In this document: piece after piece, positions 61,234-64,000 of the stretch
Layout: each line of letters starts with the position of its first letter
How positions within the stretch are numbered: the first letter of the stretch is position 1
NCBI GenBank assembly: GCA_047495785.1
Contig: JBLDXI010000015.1
Location: 3,720,001-3,784,000, forward strand
Direction: 5' to 3'
Origin: Lepidodermella squamata
Taxonomy: Eukaryota; Animalia; Gastrotricha
Length of the DNA: 64,000 bases
The notes under the pieces: generated by a model
What the model was told of the DNA's origin: nothing
Database searches by the model: none
Seen by the model: the letters and a program-made list of their open reading frames with translations, nothing else
Translations under genes and position numbers: made by a program

Positions 61234-63228
61234 TTAATTGAGTTTCTTCTTGCTAGGCAACTTGGGAAGGGTAGAATCCTCAATGTGCTTTTCCTCCTCC
61301 TTTGATTTAGGTGGCTCAGGATCCAACAGCATCTCGAGTTCCATTGACAGTTGAATCCAAGCATATGTACCCACAATGAAGACCAAGTAGGCTTGCACAG
61401 AATAGAAGTAGAAATTCCACAAGAAAAGACGTCCAACATCTCTGGTTGTTACTAAACAGGATGAAATGAAAACAGAATACAAAATTTGAATGCTTAGCTG
61501 TAGCAAGTAACACCCACCGAAGCAGAAGAAAGCTAGCCAAGACCAATGAACGTTGAATACGCAAACAAATGCTTTCATTCGGCGATAGTTTTCGGGTGAC
61601 ATTTTTTTAGTGAGTTCCATTTTGCTGCTAATTTTTGCCGCTGCAATCTCTGCAATCATTCCGAAGAAATTCATTGCCGCAAATGTCGTAGGACCAGACC
61701 CAAGCCCGTGCATAAGACCAATGAAGATAAACGTTACTGCTAACGAAATTATTCTTTGAATCAAAGCGTAACGTTTGCTGACAAAGGCCTCGGCAATGCG
61801 TAACGTGAAACGATACAAGTGATCTCGGATGAATTCATACAGCGAAGTATCGAAGCGTCGCCACATCACTATGATCGATAACAAGATATAATTGTCATAT
61901 GTCAAATTGGTAAACCAAAGCGCACACCTGTGTAGCGGTATACCTAAGCAACATATAGTAAAATAAATAAATGGAAATTAAAGTTGAGTTGAATAACTCA
62001 CTCGAGTGATAAAAATCGGAAGGTCCGGTAGAGTCATGCTGGTGTCAAGTAAAGTGATCAACCAAGGTCCTAAAGGCATTTAAGATTCGAGACTTGAAGG
62101 TTCTTAACTACGGAAATTTCACCTCCATAAATCACCATGTTCTTGGCTTGAAACCATTGACCCATAAGCCAACCCTGACCATATCGGGACCACACGTCAG
62201 ATTGCATATAGATGTCGGTATAGTAGGCCACGCCAAACATGAAGAACGCATGATGCATGAAAACAGCGACACAAAACCACACAGCTACGAAGAGCAATTG
62301 TTTTATGAATAAAACAGCGATCTGCCCTGGCGATTTAAGCAAGTCTGATCGCTTCTCCTCCTCTTCTTCCCCAGCATGTCGGATATCATTGAGTTGAAGA
62401 AACCGTTTGTAAGTAATGAAAGGAGCAAAAATGACGGGGAAGTAGAATACGTAAGCCATGAAATGCAAGAAACCAGTGTTGTAGCGAACGTTGAAATCAT
62501 TGTAGCTCACGATTTTCAGTATATACCAAACGATGAGCCAGATAAATAGAACTCTTGCTGTTTCCAATGAGTTGTAAGTCAGCATCGACCCATGAAGATG
62601 TTTATGTGCCCAAATTACCTCCGATACTGTGATTATCCAAGCTACCCAGATTCTGGGTATTTTTGAAAATATTGGCAAAGCCGGGGCTACTTTGTAGATC
62701 GCAACCCAATTGATTGCCGCTAAGCTCAACAACAGGGTTCCATAATAGCGACCACAGATGTAGCTTAGTCCAAGATATCCATAAATTGTTAAGAAGCTGA
62801 GTAGGGCTTTTTCGTGGCTCTCGGAGCCTGGGCGAATGATTAGTCCGAAAAACAGTTTCTTGAGAATGACGTGGACAAGGCCTAACGCCAAATAGTACGG
62901 CCCATGATGAAGAATGATCAAGATATCCGGATCAAATTTTTCCTACGAAAATGAGATATTATACAGTGTTTTAATGTTAAACTCTGTTTAGTCAACTCTG
63001 AATTGAAAATCTGGCAAGAAACCCGGTTGCAGCGCCCAATCTGTGAATCCTTTGTTGCTCTCAAGTGCTAATTCAGAAACATTAATTCAATTTTAAAATT
63101 AATTAGCAGAGCAAACGATGTAACTTACATCTACTGTAGTTGTAGAAGTGATAAGCCATTTTCGAAAACAAAGGCAGCCATATGCAGAAATACAGCAGAA
63201 GCTCGATTTTAGGGAGCTTCGCATGCAT
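61234..63228 (-). CDS. HHAT: MBOAT acyltransferase, hedgehog acyltransferase (HHAT/rasp)-like, multi-exon
   Basis: N-terminus LPKIELLLYF..HFYNYSR; YVFYFPVIFAPFITYKRF; GQWFQAKNMVIYG; MWRRFDTSLYEFIRDHLY; catalytic His in TFIFIGLMHG; many TM segments. Confidence 0.82.
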
Positions 63229-64000
63229 TTTTCAACTTTCCAGGCAATTCAAGAAGGTAGAGGTCTCGAATCTAGATAAAGGTTAAGCGCTAATTCGGCG
63301 CAGCAAATGCTTCTTAATCAAGTAGAAAGACTTGGCCGAATGCGCTACGACTTTTATTACCTTCAACGTATTGTGGCCAACACCGCTTGCGAATGTTGTC
63401 GACATAAAGCGAAGCCTGACGTGGAATGATAATAACGCAACAACAAAACCACGTCATTTATTAAAAAATATGTTGAATAGAACACGCACTACACAGTACT
63501 GCTTACATCGCTTAACAATGAAGTGGTGAACGCTCACCTAAAGGCCAGTTACGCTGAGTTGGTACCTGCTGCCGGCATCCTAACTAGCAAGTAGAAACAT
63601 TCGAAAGCGGCAGGTCCATTAACTGTTGGTAGCATCGTTGCCGCCGATGTCTACTTTGCGTCTTTCCTGTACTGCACGGGTAAATCTACGTAAAAGTGAA
63701 ACCGTCTTAATAGTTTTAGCATAATTAGCTTGTGAATGCTATTGGTTAAGTGTTATCAATTTAGCTGAACATGGTTGAGAGCGCGTGCTTATCCTTATGC
63801 CGCGATTTTATTGTGGATACGGAGGATTGTACGAAAAATCTAATCATCAGTATGTCTCATTAACAGCCAGGTCGAAGTCGAAGAGATGAGAGAAGTCTCG
63901 CGCGATCTTCGAAGTTGTTATTCCAGCGTCAATTAAATAACGGGGAGATCGCTAGCCGAATGGCGAGCTTTAATCAACGCGACAAGCCTGGCCCGGACAC

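Noticed and set aside
63760-63795. TTAGCTGAACATGGTTGAGAGCG, resembling a tRNA D-arm
   Set aside because: No T-arm or acceptor stem follows.

Overview
This is eukaryotic animal genomic DNA, not prokaryotic. It comes from a compact invertebrate genome with mostly 45-60 nt GT-AG introns and TTAGGG-type interstitial repeats. From left to right the window holds: two tandem minus-strand genes that splice a signal peptide, two SRCR domains and a poly-Thr stalk in frame onto an intronless Cys-loop ligand-gated ion channel (the most unusual item); four type II membrane paralogs with GPEDPR/EKNW/LRGGS motifs (GT91 beta-1,2-mannosyltransferase / GH130-like propeller fold); an apparently intact PIF/Harbinger transposon; a MET/RON-like receptor tyrosine kinase with no Sema domain, plus a kinase-less duplicate interrupted by a solo LTR; seven tRNA genes, five of them inside an intron of a STELLO/DUF288-like gene; ADAM10/kuzbanian; two paralogous small secreted proteins; CMC1; a FET-family (FUS/EWS/TAF15/cabeza) gene with a hidden frame-critical 44-nt micro-exon and a candidate intronic C/D snoRNA; and HHAT. 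Intergenic DNA and introns carry many non-autonomous DNA transposons (hAT, CMC-like, Tc1/pogo-like, Helitron, foldback MITEs). All exon boundaries were read by eye. Family assignments rest on recalled motifs, with no database searches run.
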